From Bacillota bacterium (GTDB taxonomy: Bacteria; Bacillota; DTU025), in the NCBI GenBank assembly GCA_019136685.1, contig JAGVTS010000199.1, positions 1-63,118 of the forward strand: a DNA stretch of 63,118 bases, written 5' to 3'. Shown here one piece after another: positions 47,031-56,200 of this stretch; within the stretch, counting starts at the first letter, position 1, and each line of letters starts with the position of its first letter. The position numbers and the translations under genes are program-made. The notes under the pieces were generated by a model. That model searched no databases. It saw nothing but the letters and a program-made list of their open reading frames with translations, and was not told where the DNA came from.

Positions 47031-48479
47031 ATGGCAAACGTACGATTCTCCACAGGCGATAGCCTACCTCTGGAAATGCACAAGGTACGCATCGTGCAGA
47101 AACTCGACCTTCCTCCCATCGAGCGCAGGCTCGAAGCCATGGCGGAAGCAGGCAACAACACCTTCCTCCTGCAAAATCGCGATATCTTCCTGGACATGTT
47201 GACCGACAGCGGCGTCAATGCAATGAGCGATCAGCAGTTGGCGGCTATGATGGTCGCCGACGACAGCTACGCTGGCTCGGCAACCTTTACCAAGCTCGAG
47301 AACAAGCTGAACGAGCTGTTTGGCATGCCGCACTTCCTGCCCGCCCACCAAGGGCGCGCCTGTGAGCACATCATCGCGTCCACGCTGGTGAAGCCTGGTA
47401 GCATCGTGCCGATGAACTTCCACTTCACAACGACCAAAGCGCACATCATGCGAAAGGGCGGGACTGTAGTCGAACTTCTCATCGACGAGGGCTTGAAGAC
47501 GACCAGTGAGTTCCCGTTCAAGGGCAATCTTGACGTGGGCAAGCTGCGGCATGTCATCGATGAGCACGGCGCAGACAGTATCCCGTTCGTGAGGCTGGAG
47601 GCGGGCACTAACCTCATCGGCGGGCAGCCCTTCTCTCTGCGTAATGCACGTGAAGTTGCGGAGGTATGTCGTGCCCATGGAATCCCGACTGTGCTGGATG
47701 CTAGCCTGTTGCAGGACAACTTGTACTTCATTAAGCAGCGTGAGTCGGCTTGCAGGGACATGAGCATTCGGGAGATCACTCGGGCACTGGCCGACGAAAT
47801 GGATGTGATCTACTTCTCCGCCCGCAAACTGGGCTTTGCCAAGGGAGGCGGCATATGCGTGCGCGATGACGCGCTGCTTGCGAAGATGCGCGAGTTGATA
47901 CCCTTGTTCGAGGGCTTCCTGACATACGGCGGCATGTCAGTGCGCGAGATGGAGGCGATCGTTGTTGGGCTGGACGAGACGATGGACGAGGATGTCATCT
48001 CCCAAGGACCGCAATTCATCCAGTTCATGACGGATGAGCTCGTGCGTGCCGGAATCCCGGTCGTCACTCCTGCCGGCGGGCTGGGCTGCCATTTGAACGC
48101 GATGGAGTTCCTGCCGCACGTACCGCAGTGCGAATACCCCGCGGGCGCGTTGGCGGCGGCCCTCTACATCGCAAGCGGCGTGCGCGGCATGGAACGCGGC
48201 ACGATGAGCGAAGCGCGCGAGCCCGACGGCAGCGAGGCGCCATCACAGATGGAACTGCTGCGCCTCGCGATGCCCAGACGCGTGTTCACTCTCTCGCAGG
48301 TCAAGTACGCCATCGACCGCATCGTGTGGCTGCACGGCCACCGCGACCTGATCGGGGGGCTTGCCTTCACTGAGGAGCCCGCAGTTCTGCGCTTCTTCTT
48401 CGGAAGGCTAAGGCCCACGTCAGACTGGCAGGCTGAGCTCGCAAGAGCCTTCCGTGCAGACCTCGGCGATAGCCTGTAG
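47031..48479 (+). CDS. PLP-dependent beta-eliminating lyase of the tryptophanase / tyrosine phenol-lyase family (substrate unassigned)
   Basis: ORF track 47022..48479. The ATG at 47031 follows GAAGGAG. AGNNTFLLQNRDIFLDMLTDSGVNAMSDQQ..., AYAGS, HQGRACEH and the PLP-Lys context FSARKLG align along the full length with TnaA/TPL as I remember them. Confidence 0.9.
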   Translation: MANVRFSTGDSLPLEMHKVRIVQKLDLPPIERRLEAMAEAGNNTFLLQNRDIFLDMLTDSGVNAMSDQQLAAMMVADDSYAGSATFTKLENKLNELFGMPHFLPAHQGRACEHIIASTLVKPGSIVPMNFHFTTTKAHIMRKGGTVVELLIDEGLKTTSEFPFKGNLDVGKLRHVIDEHGADSIPFVRLEAGTNLIGGQPFSLRNAREVAEVCRAHGIPTVLDASLLQDNLYFIKQRESACRDMSIREITRALADEMDVIYFSARKLGFAKGGGICVRDDALLAKMRELIPLFEGFLTYGGMSVREMEAIVVGLDETMDEDVISQGPQFIQFMTDELVRAGIPVVTPAGGLGCHLNAMEFLPHVPQCEYPAGALAAALYIASGVRGMERGTMSEAREPDGSEAPSQMELLRLAMPRRVFTLSQVKYAIDRIVWLHGHRDLIGGLAFTEEPAVLRFFFGRLRPTSDWQAELARAFRADLGDSL

Positions 48480-48738
48480 GCGTGGCTTCAGTGCCTCTTG
48501 AGGCGCGTACATGCTGGAAAGCCCTGATCTGCCTGATGGTTTCGCTCACGTTGCGGCCTGCAGGTCAGGTTTGGCCACCGAAGGCCTTTGACATCCGGGC
48601 AGGAACTCCTTGTAAGGGCTCGCGTCATGTAGTGGTTCTGAGGAGGAGTTGCAGCGGTACAGTCGAAATTCGACACGCGGGAACCTCTCAGCCTCTCGTG
48701 GCGAACAGGCTTTGAGGCCGCGAAAGGAGGGCATAGCA

Positions 48739-48918
48739 ATGGACAGCTACCAGGTCGTTTTTGACTTCTTCACGAAATCCGAAAAGCCGGTGAAGGCAGG
48801 CGAAGTTGCCGCCGCAACGGGTCTTGACAAGAAGGAAGTGGACAAGGCCATGTCCAAGCTCAAGAAGGAAGCGAAGATAGCGTCTCCGAAAGCCTGTTAC
48901 TGGGAGATCAGCAAGTAG
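48739..48918 (+). CDS. small (59 aa) winged-helix-like protein
   Basis: Inner part of track ORF 48649..48918. Strong RBS AAAGGAGGG lies 7 nt before the ATG. KAGEVAAATGLDKKEVDKAMSKLKKEAKI looks like an HTH recognition helix plus wing. No family assigned. Confidence 0.5.
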   Translation: MDSYQVVFDFFTKSEKPVKAGEVAAATGLDKKEVDKAMSKLKKEAKIASPKACYWEISK

Positions 48919-49219
48919 GTCGGGCCGGCAGGCTGGCTCTGAGGGCGGCACACGCCTTTCGGGTACTGATGGCGGAGACTGGCCGTACCGTCCATCGCCT
49001 GGAGGCGCCGACGCACGGGATTTCGGATGCCGCGCGCAAGATAGCCCGTTCGAGCCTTCGCCATGCTGCACTGGCCATTCGGCTAGACCCCGTCCTGCCC
49101 TCTTGGCCGTGGGAATCGGGCGCATGATGGCCTATCATGTCCAGTGTGGAGTCTTCTGCTCGATGGTGCGCAAGGAGTTGCGCGAATAGTGGCGCCAAGA
49201 AACCGGAAGAGGAGCGGGA

Positions 49220-50518
49220 ATGGAGATACATACTGACCGAAGGCAAGGCGTCATGGAGAAGCTACGGGGGGCGATGAGCCTGTTTACCCCGGCTCTCCTG
49301 GTATTCATGGCGGGCATGATCCTGGCGAACATAGCGGGCGCGATGAACGGGTCGCTAATGCCGCTTTATGTTCAGTCACTGGGCGCCGACACCAAGCAGA
49401 TCGGCCTGTTTTTCACCGTCTCCGCCATCGCGCCGCTGGTTCTGCAGATAGTTGGGGGCTTCGTATCCGATTCCATTGGCCGCCTGAAGGCTGTAGCTAT
49501 TGGAAGCATCGCCGGCAGTATCGGATACGTACTCTACGCTGTTGCGCCATCGTGGAGTTGGCTGCTTCTGGGCCATGCAGTGTCGCGATTGGCCGGCTGT
49601 TTTGTGGCCCCGAGTTTCCAGGCGTTCATCGCGGAGCAGTCTACCGAGAAAACGCGGGCGCGGGTGTTTGCGGTCAGTGAGTCGGCATTCGCCGTGGTAG
49701 GAATCGTGGGTCCGCCCATAGGCGGATTCCTGTCGCAGCGGTACGGGTTCCGCCTGATGTTCATTGCAGCGGGAGCGCTGTACCTCGCGGCCACGGTCAT
49801 TCGAATGGCAATGGCGCTCAGATCGCGCAATCAGTCGTCCAGCACGTACCACGCACCGCGGAAGATGACACTGGCGAACCTGAAGTCCAGCATGGGCGCC
49901 ATGGTGGGGTTGGTCCTGGCAGGCGGGGTCATGACCTGGCTGTTCATGTCGGATAGCGTCAACGACATCGCCTTCAGCGTAGCGAACCATTTTGACCCAA
50001 TCTACCAGTCGAACATGATTGGCATGAGCAACATACAGATCACCTGGGTGATCTCGGCGTTCTCCATTGTGAGGATGATTGCGCTGCCCTTCGGCGGTGT
50101 TTTCGCCGACAAGGCGGGCGAGAGGGCCGGCATATGCTTGGGCCATCTCCTATGCGGGCTGGGCGGGGCTCTGTTTCTGCTAGGGGCCGCGTATCCCCAT
50201 TTCGTGCTGGTATCGGCGTTGTACGGACTCGGAGTGGCATTGCTGTCGCCCGCCTACAATTCGCTAATATCAAAGGAAGTTCCCATAGGCATCAGGGGGA
50301 CTGCCTTCGGGCTGGTGTCAACTACTCTGGGCATAGCATCTCTTCCAGCGCCGTATATCGGCGGCCTGATGTGGGCCAAGTTCGGGCCGAAAGCTCCGTT
50401 CGTGCTGCCTCTTCTGGCCAGCCTGAGCATGGCCGCGATACTCTGGTTCAAACTGCCGGGGAAGCATGACAAGGCAGAACCGACCGCGGAGGCGCAGGCG
50501 CCACCGTTGCAGGCATAG
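49220..50518 (+). CDS. MFS transporter
   Basis: 432 aa with about 12 predicted TM segments. An MFS signature-like motif GGFVSDSIGRLKA lies between TM2 and TM3. RBS GAGGAG lies 5 nt upstream. Confidence 0.85.
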   Translation: MEIHTDRRQGVMEKLRGAMSLFTPALLVFMAGMILANIAGAMNGSLMPLYVQSLGADTKQIGLFFTVSAIAPLVLQIVGGFVSDSIGRLKAVAIGSIAGSIGYVLYAVAPSWSWLLLGHAVSRLAGCFVAPSFQAFIAEQSTEKTRARVFAVSESAFAVVGIVGPPIGGFLSQRYGFRLMFIAAGALYLAATVIRMAMALRSRNQSSSTYHAPRKMTLANLKSSMGAMVGLVLAGGVMTWLFMSDSVNDIAFSVANHFDPIYQSNMIGMSNIQITWVISAFSIVRMIALPFGGVFADKAGERAGICLGHLLCGLGGALFLLGAAYPHFVLVSALYGLGVALLSPAYNSLISKEVPIGIRGTAFGLVSTTLGIASLPAPYIGGLMWAKFGPKAPFVLPLLASLSMAAILWFKLPGKHDKAEPTAEAQAPPLQA

Positions 50519-50548
50519 CTATCGCTCAATTGAATCGATTCGTGATCG

Positions 50549-50586
50549 GCGGACAGGCGGGGCCAATTGGGTCCCGACCTGTCCGC
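50549..50586 (+). terminator. hairpin after the MFS gene (terminator candidate)
   Basis: GCGGACAGG (50549-50557) pairs perfectly with CCTGTCCGC (50578-50586), followed by ATTGCTGTTG. Confidence 0.45.
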
Positions 50587-50944
50587 ATTGCTGTTGCCGA
50601 TCGGAGGATTCTCTCGCTTTTTGCTCCCGGAGACCTCTGCAGGAGTACCTTCTCGTCCGCCGAATAGCAGCTGTGGCCACACACTGACTTTGCTTTGACA
50701 ACGGCTGACACGACGCACGCAACTAGCATCCGTCCTGCCGCATCATCCAATGATCATCTACCACGGTGACACGCAGATCGAATACTTGGCCGATTTCACG
50801 CTGCATATCGAACGCGTGGGGAGGTGATGTACCCGGTCGCGCAGGGAACTACGGCGTCTCTGTGACGCACGGCGAGATGTGTGACGATTGAGCGGGCGAT
50901 GCTTGCGGCGAACCTGCTAAGTGATTCTTTCAGGAGGGATCCAG

Positions 50945-52210
50945 ATGAAGAGTTCCAGGTGGCTGAGGCTTATGGCCCTGAGCACCATGAGCATGCTGCT
51001 CATCGGGGCCGTGACTGTGTCCGCGGCTGTCGGCGGCAGGCTGGAGATATTTTCCTGGTGGGCCGGTGATGAGGGGCCCGCGCTCGAGGCGCTGATTAAG
51101 CTGTATGAGAAGAGCAATACGGGAACGAAAGTCGTGAACTCCACTGTGACCGGGGGATCCGGCGTCAACGCCAAAGCGGTTCTCAAGACCAGGATGCTGG
51201 GCGGCGATCCTCCCGATACGTTTCAGGTCCATGCCGGCCAGGAGTTGATCGGAACGTGGGTTGTGGCCGAGCGGATGGAGGATCTGACCTCGCTGTATGA
51301 GAAAGAGGGCTGGAGGCGGGTATTCCCTGAGGGTCTCCTCAAGCTGCTCAGCACTGACCGGGGCATATGGTCGGTGCCTGTGAACATCCACCGCTCCAAC
51401 GTCATGTGGTATGTTCCCGGCAATCTCGCCAAGTGGGGTGTGAAGGCTCCGACCACGTGGGCGGAGTTCCTGGCGATAGCTCCCGCTCTGTCAGCCAAGG
51501 GAATCGTGCCGCTATCGCTCGGCGAGAACTGGACCGCCAACCACCTGTGGGAGAGTGTCGCCGTGGCGGTTTTGGGCCCCGAGAAGTGGGATGCCCTGTG
51601 GAACGGCAAGTTGTCTTTCAAGAGCCCGGAAGCTGTCGAGGTGTGGAAGGCGTTCGGCGAAATCCTTAAGTACACGAACACCGACGCACCGTCGCTATCG
51701 TGGCAGCAGGCCACCGACATGGTAGTGAGGGGGCAGGCGGCGTTCAACATCATGGGCGACTGGGCTGCGGGCTACATGGCAACCACCCTCAAGCTCAAGC
51801 CGGGCATCGACTTCGGATGGACGGCGTCGCCAGGCACTGGCGGGATGTTCATGATGTTGTCAGACTCCTTCGGGCTCCCGGTAGGCTGTGCAGCCAGAGA
51901 AAACGCGTTGGCATGGCTCAAGATGCTGGGCAGCAAGGAAGGACAGGATACCTTCAATCCGCTGAAGGGATCCATCAGCGCACGCACTGACTCGGATATG
52001 GGCAAGTATAACACGTACCTGCAGTCCGCTGCGAGGGACTGGAAGTCCAACGTAATTGCCGGTTCGTTGGCCCACGGCGTGGTGGCCAATGAGAGGTTCA
52101 TGAACGACTTCGCGACGGTCATGGAGATCTTCCTTCAGAGCTGTAACGCCCAGGCTGCGGCCAACGCGGCTCAGGCTGTAGCGATTCAGTCCGGCATTGC
52201 ATCCAGGTAG
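50945..52210 (+). CDS. ABC transporter extracellular solute-binding protein (carbohydrate type, family 1)
   Basis: ORF track 50921..52210, trimmed to ATG 50945, which follows CAGGAGGGA. Has a signal peptide. [19 protein letters not shown] is typical of sugar-binding SBPs. Confidence 0.9.
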   Translation: MKSSRWLRLMALSTMSMLLIGAVTVSAAVGGRLEIFSWWAGDEGPALEALIKLYEKSNTGTKVVNSTVTGGSGVNAKAVLKTRMLGGDPPDTFQVHAGQELIGTWVVAERMEDLTSLYEKEGWRRVFPEGLLKLLSTDRGIWSVPVNIHRSNVMWYVPGNLAKWGVKAPTTWAEFLAIAPALSAKGIVPLSLGENWTANHLWESVAVAVLGPEKWDALWNGKLSFKSPEAVEVWKAFGEILKYTNTDAPSLSWQQATDMVVRGQAAFNIMGDWAAGYMATTLKLKPGIDFGWTASPGTGGMFMMLSDSFGLPVGCAARENALAWLKMLGSKEGQDTFNPLKGSISARTDSDMGKYNTYLQSAARDWKSNVIAGSLAHGVVANERFMNDFATVMEIFLQSCNAQAAANAAQAVAIQSGIASR

Positions 52211-52268
52211 TGGGCCGGTCAGGGGGGCGGCCGGGGCGCCGGTCGCCCCCGCTCGGAGGTGGTAACGC

Positions 52269-53384
52269 GTGCACTCCAGGCGCGATGAACTCCTCGCCGT
52301 ACTGGTCATCCTGCCATCCATCGTGCTGCTGGCGATATTCGTCTATGCATTCATAGGCCAGAGTATAAAGGCTTCGGTCACCGACTGGGGGCAGCGGGCG
52401 GCGCTATCGCTTAACCCCGAGATACATTACGTAGGGATGCAGAATTACAAAGACCTGTTCACAGGATTCTTGGGAATGCGGTTCCGTCAGGACCTGACCA
52501 GCATGATCTTCTTCACTGCGTTGTTTGTAGTGGTTGCGCTGGCGGTCGGACTCGGCCTCGCGACTCTAGTCGACCATCTCGTGTGGGGCGAGGCAGTGCT
52601 CAGAACCGTTTTCCTTTTTCCTATGTCTCTTTCGTTTGTGGTGACCGGGACAATATGGCGATGGCTTCTCCAACCTCGCGGCGGGATCAACCAGCTGCCC
52701 ACGGTGGTCGGTTTGCCGGCCGGCCAGTTCCTCTGGCTTTCCAGCCGAGAGCAGCGTCTTGCGTTCGACTGGGCCGCTCTGCCTCACTACGGCTGCTGGA
52801 TGCTGGCGATCGCACTGGGTGCGCTTGCCTGGACCAACTTCCGTCGCGCAAGGCCGGGCACGGCCCGCCGGCAGGCAGTCGCAACCGCAGCCCTTCTCGC
52901 GCTGGCTGTATCAGGTGTAGCCCGGCGACTGGCGATTCTTGACTTTCCCGAGATGCACGGGTTCAACGTAGCGATCTGGGGAGTAGTTATTGCAGCAGTG
53001 TGGCAGCAGTCGGGATACACCATGGCACTCTACCTGGCCGGGTTACGCACTATCCCCGACGAACTGCGCGAGGCGGCCCGGGTGGACGGCGCCAGCAGGT
53101 TTCAGATATACAGGTATGTAGAGCTTCCCATGCTTACTCCGATTACTGTGAGCGCAGTCGTGATTTTGGGCCACATCGCCCTGAAGATCTTCGACCTGAT
53201 TTTCGCGATGGCAGGGCCTGATCATGCGCCAACCAGTGTGCCTGCGATAACCATGTTTCTCAAGACATTCCGGGGCAATGAATTCGCCGTAGGCTCGGCC
53301 ATAGGCGTAGTTCTGCTGGTGCTAGTGTCGCTGCTGATCATCCCATACGTTTCCACGTCCTTTAGGGAAGGGGGAGATCAGTGA
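52269..53384 (+). CDS. carbohydrate ABC transporter permease (MalF-like, with an inserted extra membrane segment)
   Basis: 371 aa. EAA-loop motif EAARVDGASRFQ. GTG start follows GGAGGTGG. Confidence 0.9.
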   Translation: MHSRRDELLAVLVILPSIVLLAIFVYAFIGQSIKASVTDWGQRAALSLNPEIHYVGMQNYKDLFTGFLGMRFRQDLTSMIFFTALFVVVALAVGLGLATLVDHLVWGEAVLRTVFLFPMSLSFVVTGTIWRWLLQPRGGINQLPTVVGLPAGQFLWLSSREQRLAFDWAALPHYGCWMLAIALGALAWTNFRRARPGTARRQAVATAALLALAVSGVARRLAILDFPEMHGFNVAIWGVVIAAVWQQSGYTMALYLAGLRTIPDELREAARVDGASRFQIYRYVELPMLTPITVSAVVILGHIALKIFDLIFAMAGPDHAPTSVPAITMFLKTFRGNEFAVGSAIGVVLLVLVSLLIIPYVSTSFREGGDQ

Positions 53385-54205
53385 TGCCGGCGAAAGGCGC
53401 GACCCGCGTATTCGTGCAAGCCCTGGCGCTCTTGTTGGCTGTGGTCTACCTAATACCGGTCTACATGACCATTGTTACTAGCCTGAAGTCGCCGGAGGAG
53501 ATCAGTCACCTCCAGGCGTGGTCTCTGCCTGCCAGTGCGAATTGGGGCAGCTACTCGATAGCCTTTCGCCGGTTCGCTCCGTACCTCAAGAATAGCTTCG
53601 TGTTGGCTGCTGTGGCTACGCTGTTGTCCGCGTCCATGGGCGCTATCAATGGTTACGTGATGTCCAAGTACCCTTTCCCCGGATCGAGAGTGGTGATGCC
53701 CCTCATAGTGTTCGGAATGTTTATCCCGTACCAGTCTGTTTTGGTGCCGCTGTTCCAGTTCCTTCAGAAGACCAGGCTCTATGGAGGACTGCCGGGGCTG
53801 ATTGTGGTTCATGTGGTATATGGGTTGCCCATAACCACGCTGCTCTTCCGTAGTTTCTATGCGGAGATCCCAGACGAGCTGCTCGGGGCGGCCAGAATAG
53901 ACGGGGCCGGATTTGCAGGCATATTCCGCTACCTCATACTTCCCTTGTCCGGGCCCCCGTTCCTGGTGGTGGGGATATGGCAATTCACGCAGATATGGAA
54001 CGAGTTTCTGTTCGCGGTCACGCTGGCCAGGCCGGACGCCCAGCCTATCACGGTCGCCCTCGCGAACCTCGCCGGCGGGCAGGCCGTGTCGTGGAACCTT
54101 CCCATGGCGGGCTCAGTTCTCGCCGCGCTGCCTACGGTAGCCATATACGTCCTGCTGGGTCGCTACTTCGTTCGAGGCTTGCTCGCCGGGGCCCTCAAGG
54201 GGTAG
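53381..54205 (+). CDS. carbohydrate ABC transporter permease (MalG-like)
   Basis: 274 aa. EAA-loop motif GAARIDGAGFAGIF. It overlaps the upstream permease by 4 nt. Confidence 0.9.
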   Translation: MMPAKGATRVFVQALALLLAVVYLIPVYMTIVTSLKSPEEISHLQAWSLPASANWGSYSIAFRRFAPYLKNSFVLAAVATLLSASMGAINGYVMSKYPFPGSRVVMPLIVFGMFIPYQSVLVPLFQFLQKTRLYGGLPGLIVVHVVYGLPITTLLFRSFYAEIPDELLGAARIDGAGFAGIFRYLILPLSGPPFLVVGIWQFTQIWNEFLFAVTLARPDAQPITVALANLAGGQAVSWNLPMAGSVLAALPTVAIYVLLGRYFVRGLLAGALKG

Positions 54206-54366
54206 ACGGCCGCAACCATGCCTGCAGCATGCCTCCGTCCGTATGCACTCCTTGCTATTCGTTGGATTCTCCCGTCGACGGCCGTTCGCCCTGCAGGATT
54301 CCGAATTCGGGTTAGCCAGTATTGCACGTCAGCATAGCGCGCAGATGCACAGGAGGCGCGGTTCAA

Positions 54367-54732
54367 GTGAGACGATGCCCAAAGCTACTCTGCTTGGTTG
54401 CGCTTCTGTTCTTCGCCGCGACAGCAAGCTTGTGGCCCTTGTCAGGTGCTAGAGCTGCAGTATCCACAGGCTTGACTCCAGGATATGGCGCCGGGCCGGC
54501 TGCGTCTACGCGTGCCGATCTTCCTGCCGACATCGCAGCACGGTTAGCGCTCATGTCCGAGCTCGTCACGGCGCCGGCCCCTCCCTGGCTCAACGTCGGC
54601 GCACGGTTGACCTACCGTGTGATGTCGGCCGCGGCCGCGGTTCACGTAATCGGCAGCGGCGGCACACTGGGCCGAATCTTCCCATTGCGCACGTGCCCGC
54701 AAACATGGGCGGGGTCGCCACTACGGCCGTAA
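54367..54732 (+). CDS. hypothetical small secreted protein (weak call)
   Basis: Inner part of track ORF 54322..54732. GTG 54367 lies 10 nt after GGAGG. Signal-like LLCLVALLFFAATASLWPLSGARA. No recognisable domain. It may be a gene remnant. Confidence 0.25.
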   Translation: MRRCPKLLCLVALLFFAATASLWPLSGARAAVSTGLTPGYGAGPAASTRADLPADIAARLALMSELVTAPAPPWLNVGARLTYRVMSAAAAVHVIGSGGTLGRIFPLRTCPQTWAGSPLRP

Positions 54733-55036
54733 GGTTAGGGTACGCGCAGCGTGAGTGTGTTTGACGAGACAACGGGCATATTGCTCTACAGGATCCAGGC
54801 CGAGGGCGCGCTGATACGCCTATGCGAGGCAGTCTGACATCGAACTTCGTGTCGATGAGGCAACTGGCCCCGGCGGGAGTATGTGTGAAATGGGAGATCT
54901 GCGTGAGCGGTCGCAAGAGGGTGTGAGCCAGTTCGGCACAGAAGTCCAGCTAACCGGGGTCTCTGGCAAATTAGGCGAATGGGCGCAAATGCCAGGACGC
55001 CTGCAGCTGAGATGCCGGATTGGGGTTCTGGGGCAT

Positions 55037-55078
55037 CCTGTTCATTTCTGAACAGGTTTCTCGAGCAACCTGTTCAGA
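55037..55078. repeat. three alternating copies of a CCTGTTCA/TGAACAGG core, including a perfect 12-bp inverted repeat
   Basis: CCTGTTCA (55037-55044). TCTGAACAGGTT (55047-55058). An 8-nt spacer containing CTCGAG. AACCTGTTCAGA (55067-55078). Confidence 0.9.
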
Positions 55079-55318
55079 TCCTGCCTGGTTTGACGGGGGC
55101 CATTTGTCTGAATTCGCGCCGGCAACGGCACCTCCTTTTTCTGGAGTCATACCGCAGTCAAATCCGCAGGCAAAAGCGGTTTACATAATATGGCCATGCG
55201 CGTCTATTATCCGAATGCGCGCCGGAAGGCCCTAGGGCCACCCATGATTCTACAATAAAACCCAAGAAAAACCAGAACCGCCCGCTCTTCTGCACCTACC
55301 GTGCAAAACCGGGCATAA

Positions 55319-55330
55319 TCTGAACAGGTT
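55319..55330. repeat. fourth copy of the 12-mer TCTGAACAGGTT
   Basis: Exact repeat of 55047-55058. A related TTACAGGTT follows about 30 nt downstream. Confidence 0.85.
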
Positions 55331-55579
55331 CCGCCCAAAACCGTACACATTCCTTACAGGTTCGCTAACGCCCTGCTAAACGCGGTTTTGCCAAAAGACC
55401 TGCGCAAGGCCGCTTTCGACACCAGCCGGCGCCTTCGGGTGCAGACACCTCTCCCGCCCGAGTGGTTCGCTCCAGGAGCAAGATGCGCATCCTTTCCAGC
55501 GATGTCGGTAACGCACGTAGAACGGTATATGCGCTCAGAAACCACGAGAGTAGGGATTCTGGCTTTGGGGGTTCCGGGT

Positions 55580-56200
55580 CTACGGCCGGCTCAGGTAGAA
55601 CACTGCCAACTGGGTGCGGTCGCGCAGCTCCAGTTTCTCGAGAATGACGCTGAGGTAGTTGCGCACCGTGCCCTCGCTGAGATACAGGGTTTCTGCGATC
55701 TCGCGGTTGCTCAGCCCTTTGGCTACGAGTTCGATGATGCCCCTCTCCTTGTCGGTGATGCCGCGTTCAGCCAGGTCAACCTGCTCGTCGCCGCGAAGCA
55801 GCCTTGGAAGCTTGGTGATGACTGCGTCCCCGAACACGCTTTGACCCGTGTGTACGGCTCGCAGGGCGGGAACTATACTCTCGAAGTCCTGCTTGAGGAT
55901 GTAACCCTTCGCGCCCAGGCGGAGCGCCTGCACGATATACTCGTCATCGAGAAACGTTGTGAGGAAGAGTATCCGGGCATCCGGGGACTTGCCCAGGATG
56001 TGCCTGCAGGCCTCAAGCCCGGTCATGCGGTCCATTCGGATGTCCATCAGTAGCACATCCGGCTGAAGTTGCGCAAAGAGCGTTACTGCTTCATGGCCGT
56101 CATGGCCCATTCCGACGACCTTGATGTCTTCATTTGACTGTAGAATAGTCTTCAAAGACTGACATACCAGCCGGTCATCGTCGATGATCGCTACTCTCAT
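55580..56200 (-). CDS. NarL/LuxR-family response regulator
   Basis: ORF track 55580..56230, trimmed to ATG 56200, which follows AAGGAGG. Receiver MRVAIIDDDRLV...DVLLMDIRM and a C-terminal LuxR HTH (LSNREIAETLYLSEGTVRNY). Confidence 0.9.
   Translation of the reverse strand: MRVAIIDDDRLVCQSLKTILQSNEDIKVVGMGHDGHEAVTLFAQLQPDVLLMDIRMDRMTGLEACRHILGKSPDARILFLTTFLDDEYIVQALRLGAKGYILKQDFESIVPALRAVHTGQSVFGDAVITKLPRLLRGDEQVDLAERGITDKERGIIELVAKGLSNREIAETLYLSEGTVRNYLSVILEKLELRDRTQLAVFYLSRP

Noticed and set aside
55388-56053. 221-aa plus-strand ORF
   Set aside because: It runs antisense to the clearly identifiable NarL-type response regulator. It has no RBS and no recognisable domain.
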